In this document: positions 51,879 to 64,000 of the stretch, in pieces
How positions within the stretch are numbered: position 1 is the stretch's first letter
Layout: each line of letters begins with the position of its first letter
NCBI GenBank assembly: GCA_964016885.1
Contig: OZ024753.1
Location: forward strand, 23,436,001 to 23,500,000
Source of the DNA: Eledone cirrhosa
Taxonomy: Eukaryota
Direction of reading: 5' to 3'
DNA length: 64,000 bases
Translations under genes and position numbers: made by a program
The notes under the pieces: generated by a model
What the model was told of the DNA's origin: nothing
Database searches by the model: none
The model's input: only the letters and a program-made list of their open reading frames with translations

Positions 51879-52059
51879 GGTGGGTTGGTAGTATCGGTAG
51901 AGGGTCGGACGCCATGCTTTCTAGCATAGTTACGTCCCTTTACGATCTGAGTTCAAATCCCGCCGAGGTTGACTTTGCCTTTCATCCTTACGGGGTCGAT
52001 AAAATAAAGTACCAGTGAGGCACTGGGTAGTTGCTGGCCTTGTGCCTAAAGTAGAAACA
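51879..52059 (+). mobile_element. tRNA-derived SINE
   Basis: A-box-like TGGTAGTATCGG, B-box GAGTTCAAATCC, core GACTTTGCCTTTCATCCTTACGGGGTCGATAAAAT; 16-bp target duplication ATTATTTACCATTTTT (51863-51878, 52060-52075) splitting the PLE ORF. Confidence 0.87.
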
Positions 52060-52969
52060 ATTATTTACCATTTTTTCCCATTTGGTTCTGGCTCCTTTAT
52101 ACACTCTGATTCTATCTCTCTGATTGTAGCCAGAGAACTGCATACGGTGGATGAAGTGTTGTATGTGTCTCTCTAGTTCTTCGGGGTTGCACATGCGGGA
52201 CACATTTCTCATCACCCGTACCAAATCCGCAATCAGTATGTTGATTTTGGTATGGTCCGAAATGGCCAAGTTTCGGTGGATCAGATGTTTGGAAGTCATG
52301 GGTTTGGCATAATGGGAATGGAGGATTTGTTTTTGGTTGTTAATGGTATCTAACCAGAGCTCTGTGTCTAGTACAGGTAATCGATGGTTGGGGTGTCTAC
52401 TTGGGTAGTCTATAGTAACTCTAATGCTCTGGTGGATGGAGTTTGCTATTTGCTGGATGCTTTCCATTGTGTTTTTCTATAGTTCCTGACTGTTCTTTAG
52501 TGGGGGTGTCTTAACTACGATGTTTATATCATCTACATAGTGTGTTTCTTATTGGCAACATGACCCTCCCAAAGTATAACAATATATACATATAACCTAT
52601 CGTAATGTAATAAGATAAAAATACTTACAACCATAATTCTTCATATAATCTAATTGTTTATATATACAATATTATAACTCATAATGTAGGTAAATAATTT
52701 TTTCCCCCCAAATTAACGTAAATGCTAGCTCTTCTTCCTTTCTCTTCTTTCCAATGCATACAATAACTTATCATAATTATTTAAATTTTCCATAGCGTCT
52801 AAAATAACATTTTTTTCAGCCCTTTTACCTAAACCTCATTTGCATACTCATCTTAATAATTTTAAATATCTGACTTTTCTTCTCTTATCCCTTCACTATC
52901 CAGGGATAACTTGAACCGTTAAGGTATATTCTCCTTGGTTATGTCAAAGTTTATAAAACACACTTCGTA

Positions 52970-53025
52970 TTTTATCTGATGATAGCGTGCCAAAATTTGG
53001 TACCCTTGAAATATATATAATAGAA
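52970..53025 (+). ncRNA. Type I hammerhead ribozyme (17279 family)
   Basis: TTTTAT-CTGATGA-tagc gtgccaaa a tttggtac cctt-GAAA-tatata-TA-ATAGAA. Confidence 0.8.
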
Positions 53026-53199
53026 TGGTTTTATAGAATGGTTTTATAAATATAGTTTCCATTTATTTAATATCATTGTATATTATACTCCAGAAAACAT
53101 GTAGAGTGCTCTGAATCAGTTATAAACATTTATATTTGTTGAATTACCAACAAATTGAATATCCCTTCTGCTTATGTATATATATATATATACATATAT

Positions 53200-54036
53200 A
53201 TGTATATTTATATATTTATAATTGTTTCTATTAGAATACGGAAACATAATATCTAAAAAATATACAAAAATATTTTAAAAAAAACATTTTTTTTAATAAT
53301 ATTTATTCTCAAAAAATTTCCTTATTTCAAGAATATTTTCGTCATGTTTTCTATATATCAGCGTATCGCTTTTTTTTTTTTATTCCGGGGTCATTTTGCT
53401 GATAAAAATCGATAGGGTATCACCTTTTATTAGGTATCGAAAAATAAGAATTTTGGCTCTAGCTCCCACATTTTGCTACTGATTTCGTTCAAATGTTAAA
53501 GCAAAAGAGAATCTATCATTTCACATCCTGTAATGGCTTTATATTTTACATTTGTTGTTCAGGGACGGCTTGGCAGCCGCTTAAATATTCAAAAATACCA
53601 CTTTTAGACACAAATTTCTACTTTTTCGGATCTAGCTCCCACATTAATCAACCTACTTCGTTCAAAGTTTACACTACGCTAGATCTGATTATTTCACGTC
53701 TTAAAGTGGCTTAACATTTTGGATTTTTTTGTTCAGGAACCGCGTGACAGCCGCTTAAATATTCGAAAATACCACCTTTTCGCTCAAATTTCCGCATTAT
53801 CGGCTCTAGCTCCCACATTTTTCAACCGATTTCTTTCAAATTCGAAACTTTCTCCCATAGCATGCCCTTCGTCAGTCACCTGCGTTTCTCAGTGGTAGAC
53901 GTAAATCACCACCCTCCCCCGCATGGCCTGTGTGTGGCCATAGATGAGTCATCGAGAAGCAGTCACTAAGATCAACAACTTTTCATCAAAGCAGATATTA
54001 TTTTACCTACCCAGGCAACGCCGGATACTGCTGCTA

Positions 54037-54037
<1 letters not shown>
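53200..54037 (+). mobile_element. Non-autonomous Helitron-like element (5' end uncertain)
   Basis: 3' end ACCCAGGCAACGCCGGATACTGCTG-CTAG followed by T; internal ~175-bp imperfect repeats containing TCTAGCTCCCACATT x3. Confidence 0.68.
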
Positions 54038-54094
<57 letters not shown>

Positions 54095-54383
54095 GTATAT
54101 ATATATGTGTGTGTATATGTATATATGTATATGTATATATATATATGTATATGTATATATATATATATGTATAGAAGAAATTAAAAGATGGTTAAAAAAG
54201 TTCCATATATATTATTATGCGCATTTCAAAACCAAATATCACCTGGGAGGATAATTACGTTTTCTTCAGATAAAATAAGGTAACATGATATGATGCCTAA
54301 AACCACTTGTGAACAAGAGAGTGTCCAGTAAACGTATGACAAAAAAATATAAAATATATGTATATATATATGTATATATATAT

Positions 54384-55881
54384 ACAATATATTTAGAAAC
54401 ACACAGATACATGCGGACACACACATATACATGAATGCATCCACATCCAACCGTGAGTTAATGGTGCCAACCTTACCGATGTTGCTCAATGAATGACTGG
54501 GACAGACCAATCCGGTTGAACTAGACTGAACCAGTATCAGAGTTAAAAATACATTATGAAGAGAGAAGGAACATTTAGATATAATTAGTAATAAAATGTA
54601 TCATACCTAAACTGCTCCTAGATTCCTCGACTACGTAGTTTCGTGGCATAAACAAAAAAAGTACATCATAAAGATATAGAGCCTTTGCGAGGTCTGCCGA
54701 CTTATCAAGAGGATACCTCATTTTACTAGCTTCAAGAACGCGTCTACACGACGTGAGAAAGAATCCCAAAAGGCGGAGGGGGAGATAGTCACGCGATATA
54801 ATGGTCGAGAAACAGAGCTAAGCCTCTTATAACCCCGAAGAAAATACCACGGAGGCGGAGGGGTATTTATATCGAAGCCGTAGAAGAGGTGGTAAAGGAC
54901 GCGAGAAGTATGAGTAATGGCAGCTTTCCAGCAGTCACCACACTTCAAAGATTACTCGACCAGAGGGAGTTATGAACAATATATTTAGAAACACACAGAT
55001 ACATACGGACACACACATATACATGATTGCATCCACATCCAACCGTTAGTTAATGGTGCCAACCTTACCGATGTTGCTCAATGAATGACTGGGACAGACC
55101 AATCCGGTTGAACTAGACTGAACCAGTATCAGAGTTAATCCTTGATAAGTCGGCAGACCTCGCAAAGGCTCTATATCTTTATGATGTACTGTTTTTGTTT
55201 ATGCCACGAAACTGCGTAGTCGAGGAATCTAGGAGCAGTTTAGGTATTACTAATTATATCTAAATGTTCCTTCTCTCTTCATAATGTATTTTTAACTCTG
55301 ATACTGGTTCAGTCGAGTTCAACCGGATTGGTCTGTCCCAGTCATTCATTGAGCAGCATCGGTAAGGTTGGCACCATTAACTCACGGTTGGATGTGGATG
55401 CATTCATGTATATGTGTGTGTCCGCATGTATCTGTGTGTTTCTAAATATATTGTTCATAATTCCCTCTGGTCGAGTAATCTTTGAAGTGTCGTGACTGCT
55501 GGAAAGCTGCCATTACTCATACTTCTCGTCTCCTTTACCACCTCTTCTACGGCTTCGATATAAATACCCCCTCCGCCTCCGTGGTATTTTCTTCGGGGTT
55601 ATAAGAGGCTTAGCTCTGTTTCTCGACCGTTATATCGCGTGACTATCTCCCCCTCCGCCTTTTGGGATTCTTTCTCACGTCGTGTAGACGCGTTCTTGAA
55701 GCTAGTAAAATGAGGTATCCTCTTGATAAGTCGGCAGACCTCGCAAAGGCTCTATATCTTTATGATGTACTGTTTTTGTTTATGCCACGAAACTACGTAG
55801 TCGAGGAATCTAGGAGCAGTTTAGGTATGATACATTTTATTAATAATTATATCTAAATGTTCCTTCTCTCTTCATAATGTA
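54384..55881. mobile_element. Retrozyme-like locus: ~590-bp non-coding monomer, ~1.27 copies on minus joined head-to-head to ~1.27 copies on plus
   Basis: Period ~592 on the left (54385/54977) and ~581 on the right (55142/55723, small deletion); three HHRs; both outer ends in TA repeats. Confidence 0.88.
55718..55807 (+). ncRNA. Hammerhead ribozyme with U3-A8 core (copies ~55140-55226 plus, 54624-54713 minus)
   Basis: TCCTC-TTGATAA-gt c ggca..tgcc ac-GAAA-ctacgtag-TC-GAGGA. Confidence 0.82.
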
Positions 55882-55917
55882 TATATATATATGTATATAT
55901 GTATATGTATGTATATA

Positions 55918-55960
<43 letters not shown>

Positions 55961-56030
55961 ATGTATATATGTATATGTATATGTATATATATATATGTAT
56001 ATGTATATATATGTATATATATGTATATAT

Positions 56031-56068
<38 letters not shown>

Positions 56069-56810
56069 TCAGGTTATCAATAATGTAGTGATAATATATC
56101 GTTACGTTAGAGATGAACAGCGTACGTGCAGGTTTGCTCAACGAGTATAAATTATATTCCGGAGAAATGTAGAAAGGATGAATATAAAATGAAAGTGCTT
56201 TTGTTAAAAAAGGAATTTATTAGGTATTGACATATGTTTCTGTAACAGACCGAATACCTATGTATCGCTGCTTGCGTAATCATATAATGTTAGCAAGTAT
56301 TCGATAGCAAATGTATAATCAGTTGTCACTTCTTCAGAGATTTTGGATAAACTGGATAAAATCAGAAAAATTGAAGTATTTATATTAGTAAAAGAGGAAG
56401 GAACAGAGGGGATAGAATATGACAGATGGTAAAATAATTTACTGCTAAACAAGTATATAATGGGTTTTTAATGAGAATACCATGAGTAAATCTAAATAAG
56501 AATTTTGGGGGTGCCGATTTTAATCTCTACTTGACCAACTGGACAGTGGACAGGGCTGGTCATTTGGTGCAGTAGTATTAATCATAAAGTGTCAATTGGG
56601 GAAGGGGGAGATTTCGATTGCTACTAAATAACATCAATGCTAGTGGTCAGCTGGTATTTGCTCTAGGGAATTGAATCAAAAAATCAGAAATCTCATTTTA
56701 TCTATAGCAGTTTGTATTAAAAGGTAAATAATAGAAGAGTTGATAGAATTAAGACTAATAAAGAATGTTCATATCTATTTTGACAATCAAACGGGGATAG
56801 AGACAGGCGT

Positions 56811-58950
56811 TCAATCCTGGTAGTATTTATAATATGAAAATGTAGATTTTAAGCGATGGTTACAGTATAACGATCGCTCTATTCTGTTATTTAATAAAAT
56901 GTTTTTGGATTTCATAATACAAAATAATTCTACATTACATAATCTACAAAATTCCTGTCCATTGGAATATGGGGGGGCAGCCGCTATTATATCCCATTTT
57001 AGGTGAAATTGTTGGTTATTTTCACGCAGCTGCCAAGCCTTGTCTGCGAGTGTTGTTACATAACGCTGGTTTTCATGTTTTATCGAATAACGATGTCTAT
57101 AAAGGCGTGATTTAAAGGAGGTGGCTGTAGATCCCACATAGTACCACTTCTGTCTATCCGATTCGATAGTACATTTGTATACGATGTTGCGTTCAAGACA
57201 CTGGTTGTTCAACGGACACATTCCTGGTTGGACACAGTTGCAATTACAATTTTGCGTTGTTGTATTGCCATGGATGGGTTGATGAGGTTGCTTATGTAGA
57301 ACAGGATGTTGTTTGTTGTTTTGTGATGTTATAGCTAATGTTTTACGTGTATTGTTATGTGTTGGAAGGCGTTTATACAACCGTTTTGCGTTAAGCATTT
57401 TTATATGTTGTTCAATATTAGGGGCGGTTGAATATGAAAGTCGGATGGTGTTAGGGTTTAAGATTTTATTATATTTATGTGATGTTGGAAAGTGTTTTCT
57501 AACTAATCGAAAGAATTTTGAGGGTAGATTGGTTTTAATAGATTTGTTATAGACCGGGTTGTACCAGATATACTCCTTACATCGCCTTCTGTTTGGTGGT
57601 GTGCGACTATTATTGTGTCTATTGCGGTAGTGTATGTATGGTGGTGATTCTGTGCTATTTCTACTCCTATGTGATTTATTTTGGGTGTTTTGGTGATCAT
57701 TGACTATATACTCTATATTATCTAGGTGACCGGCTTTCCTAAGTGCATCATCATAATACTCGGCATGTTCTTTGAAGGTTTGTTGGTTGGACGATAGGCG
57801 GGAGATTCTAAGAGAAACATTTCTAGGGATGGATTTAATTATAGAGAGTGGATGGTTAGAACTCGTATTTACATATTTAAGGTTCTCATTTAGTTTATGG
57901 AACGGTTTAATCGTATCTGTATTGAGATTGAAAGTAACATCAAGGAAATTGACCTCTTTGAGGTTATATTCAAATGTAATATTTAATCCTAGTTCTTTAA
58001 AAAGTTTTCTGATATTTTTACGCATCCTTTCTAAATTCTGGTTATTCATATTCTTAACTAATAGGAGCGCATCGTCACGGTAAATTCCACCGTGGAGATC
58101 CTTGAATTTTCCTTGTAATCTGTGGGTGATATAAATTCCCACAAGATCTGTTACCTCCGCCGAATCATTAGAACCCATAGTGATATCAAAATTAGAAGGT
58201 CTATCTTTGCGAACCCAGTAGCTATCATCGAATTTAACTATAGTTTTTCTCGCTTCCATAATAATTTTAATTTCAGCATCCGTAAGGTCGGAATTATCCT
58301 TAGCGAACGAAAGAGCTTCATGTAGAGTATCAGGTGAAATTGAGGAATAATATTCATCAATATCAAACTCAATAAATTTTGATTTTTTCTTATCAGTAAT
58401 GTTGTTAAACCATCTTATTGCTTCATGAGTGTTACCCCATAGTTTAATCTCTACTTTAACCTTAACTTGGGGGATAATTCTGTCTAGTATATATTTGCTA
58501 ATTTTACCTATATCTGATTTAGAGGGGCATATAAGTCTAATATTAGGGTTAGTATCGAAGTTTACCTTGTGGTCCTTCAGGTTGAAGGATGGTATAGCTG
58601 GTGTTAAGGGTTGCGTTCTATCGTCAATACAAAGTTTTTTAACAATATCACATGCCGAGTTGTTGATGTTTTTAAGTGTGGCTTCATTAGTTTTCCTGTA
58701 TTTTTTATGCAATTCCTTACGGATGAAGTTATTGTAAGTGTCCACATCCATGGTATATACGTTTGATGTTTTGTCTGCTCTAACAATAACTCCATTGGCG
58801 TTTTTTAGATTATTGAGCAGTGCCGTGATGTCATTCTGTAGTTTATTGTTCTTACGTTTTGTAAATTTGATCTCCATGATCATATCCATTAGGTCTTGTT
58901 CAAATGCATCCAAAAGTGGGTTTGAGGGTGGGTTCTTGTAAGATTTAAAT
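56811..58950 (-). CDS. Naiad-type PLE ORF (RT + GIY-YIG), open but lacking the N-terminus
   Basis: ADKTSN, LKDHK..RLICPSKSDIG, FDIDEYYSSI, DITMGSNDSAE, GIYRDD, FLDVTF, SNHP, NCNC..CPL..CL..IVY..YVGST..FKSR, CRLC..E..LN..CNH. Confidence 0.93.
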
Positions 58951-58957
58951 TATTCAG

Positions 58958-60514
58958 TTTGATATTGATGAATATTATTCCTCAATTTCACCTGATACTC
59001 TACATGAAGCTCTTTCGTTCGCTAAGGATAATTCCGACCTTACGGATGCTGAAATTAAAATTATTATGGAAGCGAGAAAAACTATAGTTAAATTCGATGA
59101 TAGCTACTGGGTTCGCAAAGATAGACCTTCTAATTTTGATATCACTATGGGTTCTAATGATTCGGCGGAGGTAACAGATCTTGTGGGAATTTATATCACC
59201 CACAGATTACAAGGAAAATTCAAGGATCTCCACGGTGGAATTTACCGTGACGATGCGCTCCTATTAGTTAAGAATATGAATAACCAGAATTTAGAAAGGA
59301 TGCGTAAAAATATCAGAAAACTTTTTAAAGAACTAGGATTAAATATTACATTTGAATATAACCTCAAAGAGGTCAATTTCCTTGATGTTACTTTCAATCT
59401 CAATACAGATACGATTAAACCGTTCCATAAACTAAATGAGAACCTTAAATATGTAAATACGAGTTCTAACCATCCACTCTCTATAATTAAATCCATCCCT
59501 AGAAATGTTTCTCTTAGAATCTCCCGCCTATCGTCCAACCAACAAACCTTCAAAGAACATGCCGAGTATTATGATGATGCACTTAGGAAAGCCGGTCACC
59601 TAGATAATATAGAGTATATAGTCAATGATCACCAAAACACCCAAAATAAATCACATAGGAGTAGAAATAGCACAGAATCACCACCATACATACACTACCG
59701 CAATAGACACAATAATAGTCGCACACCACCAAACAGAAGGCGATGTAAGGAGTATATCTGGTACAACTCGGTCTATAACAAATCTATTAAAACCAATCTA
59801 CCCTCAAAATTCTTTCGATTAGTTAGAAAACACTTTCCAACATCACATAAATATAATAAAATCTTAAACCCTAACACCATCCGACTTTCATATTCAACCG
59901 CCCCTAATATTGAACAACATATAAAAATGCTTAACGCAAAACGGTTGTATAAACGCCTTCCAACACATAACAATACACGTAAAACATTAGCTATAACATC
60001 ACAAAACAACAAACAACATCCTGTTCTACATAAGCAACCTCATCAACCCATCCATGGCAATACAACAACGCAAAATTGTAATTGCAACTGTGTCCAACCA
60101 GGAATGTGTCCGTTGAACAACCAGTGTCTTGAACGCAACATCGTATACAAATGTACTATCGAATCGGATAGACAGAAGTGGTACTATGTGGGATCTACAG
60201 CCACCTCCTTTAAATCACGCCTTTATAGACATCGTTATTCGATAAAACATGAAAACCAGCGTTATGTAACAACACTCGCAGACAAGGCTTGGCAGCTGCG
60301 TGAAAATAACCAACAATTTCACCTAAAATGGGATATAATAGCGGCTGCCCCCCCATATTCCAATGGACAGGAATTTTGTAGATTATGTAATGTAGAATTA
60401 TTTTGTATTATGAAATCCAAAAACATTTTATTAAATAACAGAATAGAGCGATCGTTATACTGTAACCATCGCTTAAAATCTACATTTTCATATTATAAAT
60501 ACTACCAGGATTGA
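58958..60514 (+). CDS. Inverted shorter copy of the Naiad ORF (from RT motif A)
   Basis: Same protein except one visible change (WYNPVY vs WYNSVY). Confidence 0.9.
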   Translation, partial: FDIDEYYSSISPDTLHEALSFAKDNSDLTDAEIKIIMEARKTIVKFDDSYWVRKDRPSNFDITMGSNDSAEVTDLVGIYITHRLQGKFKDLHGGIYRDDALLLVKNMNNQNLERMRKNIRKLFKELGLNITFEYNLKEVNFLDVTFNLNTDTIKPFHKLNENLKYVNTSSNHPLSIIKSIPRNVSLRISRLSSNQQTFKEHAEYYDDALRKAGHLDNIEYIVNDHQNTQNKSHRSRNSTESPPYIHYRNRHNNSRTPPNRRRCKEYIWYNSVYNKSIKTNLPSKFFRLVRKHFPTSHKYNKILNPNTIRLSYSTAPNIEQHIKMLNAKRLYKRLPTHNNTRKTLAITSQNNKQHPVLHKQPHQPIHGNTTTQNCNCNCVQPGMCPLNNQCLERNIVYKCTIESDRQKWYYVGSTATSFKSRLYRHRYSIKHENQRYVTTLADKAWQLRENNQQFHLKWDIIAAAPPYSNGQEFCRLCNVELFCIMKSKNILLNNRIERSLYCNHRLKSTFSYYKYYQD

Positions 60515-60984
60515 ACGCCTGTCTCTATCCCCGTTTGATTGTCAAAATAGATATGAACATTCTTTATTAGTCTTAATTCTATCAACTCTTCTATTATTTA
60601 CCTTTTAATACAAACTGCTATAGATAAAATGAGATTTCTGATTTTTTGATTCAATTCCCTAGAGCAAATACCAGCTGACCACTAGCATTGATGTTATTTA
60701 GTAGCAATCGAAATCTCCCCCTTCCCCAATTGACACTTTATGATTAATACTACTGCACCAAATGACCAGCCCTGTCCACTGTCCAGTTGGTCAAGTAGAG
60801 ATTAAAATCGGCACCCCCAAAATTCTTATTTAGATTTACTCATGGTATTCTCATTAAAAACCCATTATATACTTGTTTAGCAGTAAATTATTTTACCATC
60901 TGTCATATTCTATCCCCTCTGTTCCTTCCTCTTTTACTAATATAAATACTTCAATTTTTCTGATTTTATCCAGTTTATCCAAAA

Positions 60985-61100
60985 TCTCTGAAGAAGTGAC
61001 AACTGATTATACATTTGCTATCGAATACTTGCTAACATTATATGATTACGCAAGCAGCGATACATAGGTATTCGGTCTGTTACAGAAACATATGTCAATA
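60985..61100 (+). ncRNA. Hammerhead-like motif in the Naiad 3' end, weak stem I (mirror 56225-56340)
   Basis: CTGAAGA-a gtgaca actga..tcggt c tgttac a-GAAA-catatg-TC; flanks pair poorly. Confidence 0.6.
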
Positions 61101-61153
61101 CCTAATAAATTCCTTTTTTAACAAAAGCACTTTCATTTTATATTCATCCTTTC

Positions 61154-61186
<33 letters not shown>

Positions 61187-61187
61187 G

Positions 61188-61224
<37 letters not shown>

Positions 61225-61261
61225 GTATCTGCATATATATATATATGTATATATATGTATG

Positions 61262-61361
<100 letters not shown>

Positions 61362-62159
61362 CATGTATATATATATGTATATGTATATATATATATATGT
61401 ATATATAGTAATAATAATAAATTTGAAGACTAAAATCCAAAGGGGGCTCGATAAGGATAATATATATCAAATATATAAGAACTGTAGAGCAGATATTTAT
61501 TAAAAGAACAGATTGATAAATTTATATATATAATTAATAACAAATTAATAACAGATATGTATATATATGTAAACGGAAAAAATGAAACGAAATTTCATTT
61601 CCACTCTTAGTACGGCTGTTACTTAAATATAGGTATGTATACGTACATACATATATGTATACAGACGTACAATAGTATGCATATATATATACATACATGC
61701 ACACATATATATATGTACGTATCGATTCACCGAACATTTATTATAATGCTCGGTGTGTTTGTAAACAAACATCCCGTATTAAGCCGTCTAACAACCATCG
61801 TTGCTCGATTGTTCAATACTGACAAAGGAACGCTGTACTAGATTCAAGCTTATTAGCTATCGTCAGCAACGTATACCTTCCTGCCAGATGATTGAACGTC
61901 TGAAAGTATATACTTTCCTTATGCATATTAACGGCTGAGCAGCCTAATTTGAATATCGAGTGGGTTAATCGGCCGGGTGCACCGAAAACGATAAACGGAA
62001 AAAAATGAAACGAAATTTCATTTCCCAATCTTAGTACGGCTGTTACTTAAATATAAGTATGTATACGTACATACATATATGTATACAGACGTACAATAGT
62101 ATGTATATATATATATACATACATGCACACATATATATATGTACGTATGGATATGGTGG

Positions 62160-62765
62160 CTGCCAACTCGTTTTCGAGTACGGCCACTACTTTATCTCCA
62201 TGTAGGAGAACCCCTACCGATGCGCTGAACAAGTGTGACTTTTTAGTCCATCCAGCGACTTGAAAACTCTGGTACAAACACTACACTTGTGACAATTATT
62301 GACACATAGTGCTGGGCCCATGGTACCATGTGACGACAAGTACAGATAGATCTCCAGATATAAAGAAATGCCTGTGCTGTGAAGCTTTTATAGTGAGCAA
62401 AGGCACTGCACAAAGCCAGTCCCACTCTCTTAACCAAGATGATATTTACCAAAAAGAAGAACAGGTCAACATCATTGGATACCATCAGAGTTGCAGGTGT
62501 TATATCAGAGTTTTCCTTCTCCTAGAATTTTGCCTTGACAAGGCTAAGGGGTCATCTCTCCCGGTGATTTTGGATGGCCATTGACTCTTAAGAGCTCCTT
62601 TGCCCTTTGACAGGTTTTGTTTTTAGTCCTGCAGAATGTCCAAAGTCACTCTCCTCACCAAGAAACGTTGGTGGGGTTGCCAGTTTAGTCGCCAACGACC
62701 CGACCATGAGACAGGTTGTACTGGGATACATGTTTCCAGTAGCACCAACTGGTGACCTGACATAC
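62160..62765 (-). mobile_element. 5' leader fragment of an RTE-like element
   Basis: 62570-62765 is the reverse-complement homologue of 35590-35790. Confidence 0.65.
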
Positions 62766-62846
62766 AATGGATATACATATATATATATATACATACGATT
62801 GTACGTCTGTATACATATATGTATGTACGTATACATACTTATATAT

Positions 62847-62955
<109 letters not shown>

Positions 62956-63077
62956 CATATATATATATACATATATATGTATACTTATTTCCGACATTAT
63001 TTTCTCAGGACAACCCTCTAAATATATTTTTAGATGTAGATTAATAATCTTTAAATGACATTCTGAATAGTTATCCT

Positions 63078-64000
63078 CTTTACGATAGTTCTTCGAAAAA
63101 CATTACATTTTTCCTCTCTCTTTTTGTTATTCAAACATTCACACATCTTTCAACTAAAATAATGGATCTCACACAAAATAATATATAATTTTCTCTGTAT
63201 ATTTGGGAGTAAATCTTTCATCTAATTTAATGATTAACAAACAAAATTGGAGTTATCTTTCCTTTCTCAATCGTGCAAACATAAACATGATGTTTGATAA
63301 TCTGTATAGCTTTGCTAAATTAAAAATATTCTGAAAACATTTTCAATGCTAAACAAAATTTTTGAATCCACAAATTGTTCTACTCTCACAACTTGAACCA
63401 CCTATTTTAAGTAAAATACAAAATCAACTTCCTTCGTAACTCGTATTTGATATATAAACAACTAATACATACGCAATTTATTAATATATATATACATATT
63501 TATATACATATAACCTATCGTAATGTAATAAGATAAAAATACTTACAACCATAATTCTTCATATAATCTAATTGTTTATATATACAATATTATAACTCAT
63601 AATGTAGGTAAATAATTTTTTTCCCCAAAATTAACGTAAATGCTAGCTCTTCTTCCTTTCTCTTCTTTCCAACGCATACAATAACTTATCATAATTATTT
63701 AAATTTTCCATAGCGTCTAAAATAACATTTTTTTCAGCCCTTTTACCTAAACCTCATTTGCATACTCATCTTAATAATTTTAAATATCTGACTTTTCTTC
63801 TCTTACCCCTTCACTATCCAAGGATAACTTGAACCGTTAAGCTATATTCTCCTTGGTTATGTCAACATTTATGAAACACACTTCGTATTTTATCTGATGA
63901 TAGCGTACCAAAATTTGGTACCCTTGAAATATATATAATAGAATGGTTTTATAGAATGGTTTTATAAATATAGTTTCCATTTATTTAATATCATTGTATA
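63078..64000 (+). mobile_element. Uninterrupted copy of the non-coding HHR repeat; HHR at 63888-63943
   Basis: Matches 50278-50715 plus 52595-53080; TTTTAT-CTGATGA..GAAA-tatata-TA-ATAGAA. Confidence 0.85.

Larger units (their letters stand above)
50716..52583 (-). mobile_element. 5'-truncated non-Naiad PLE (Neptune-like) with a short inverted 5' piece
   Basis: YVDDI at ~52540; LPVLD..HYAKPM; CIDKKCITC..CKTRNVVYSIRC..YIGETARSIGERINEH..RQITEA. 44-bp inverted copy 50771-50814 vs 52542-52585; target duplication TATATACATATA. Confidence 0.85.
50278..53176 (+). mobile_element. Non-coding HHR-bearing repeat (same family as 63078-64000), split by a PLE insertion
   Basis: 50278-50715 plus 52595-53080 join to match 63078-64000 at high identity. 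Confidence 0.85.
56170..61155. mobile_element. Head-to-head pair of 5'-truncated Naiad-type PLE copies (~5-kb palindrome)
   Basis: 58956-61155 is an almost exact reverse complement of 56170-58369; the left copy extends further 5' to ~58950; flanked by TA repeats. Confidence 0.95.

Noticed and set aside
50771-52585. 44-bp inverted ends as DNA transposon terminal repeats
   Set aside because: The left copy is ~55 bp inside the insertion and the interior is PLE RT/GIY-YIG, so it fits a PLE 5' inversion.
54575-55856. Identical or near-identical 64-aa ORFs in the retrozyme-like arms
   Set aside because: TTG start, overlap the ribozyme, and are duplicated only by the repeat.

Overview
AT-rich animal intergenic DNA with no host gene that I can support. 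A tRNA-type SINE at 51879 resembles repeats I recall from octopod cephalopods; this is an unchecked inference. The window is a nest of transposons set in (TA)n microsatellites: three copies of one Tx1/L1-clade LINE (one with both ORFs open), degenerate RTE, R4/Dong-like and CR1-like LINE pieces, three Helitrons, a SINE, and several Penelope-like elements (PLEs). Most PLEs are Naiad-type, including a near-perfect 5-kb head-to-head pair with open RT and GIY-YIG frames. The main signal missed by the ORF track is about 25 hand-identified type I hammerhead ribozyme (HHR) motifs from roughly a dozen sequence families, several with non-canonical cores (U3-A8 covariation, C4, apparent N7 deletion). 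They lie in non-coding 0.6-1.1 kb tandem units and in head-to-head palindromes whose 3' ends run into (TA)n. This looks like a set of retrozyme-like non-autonomous elements mobilised by Naiad PLE enzymes. One locus (54384-55881) has the geometry of twin-primed reverse transcription of a circular or concatemeric ~590-nt RNA. Coordinates were read by eye (a few bp error, more at degenerate ends); no folding or database search was run.
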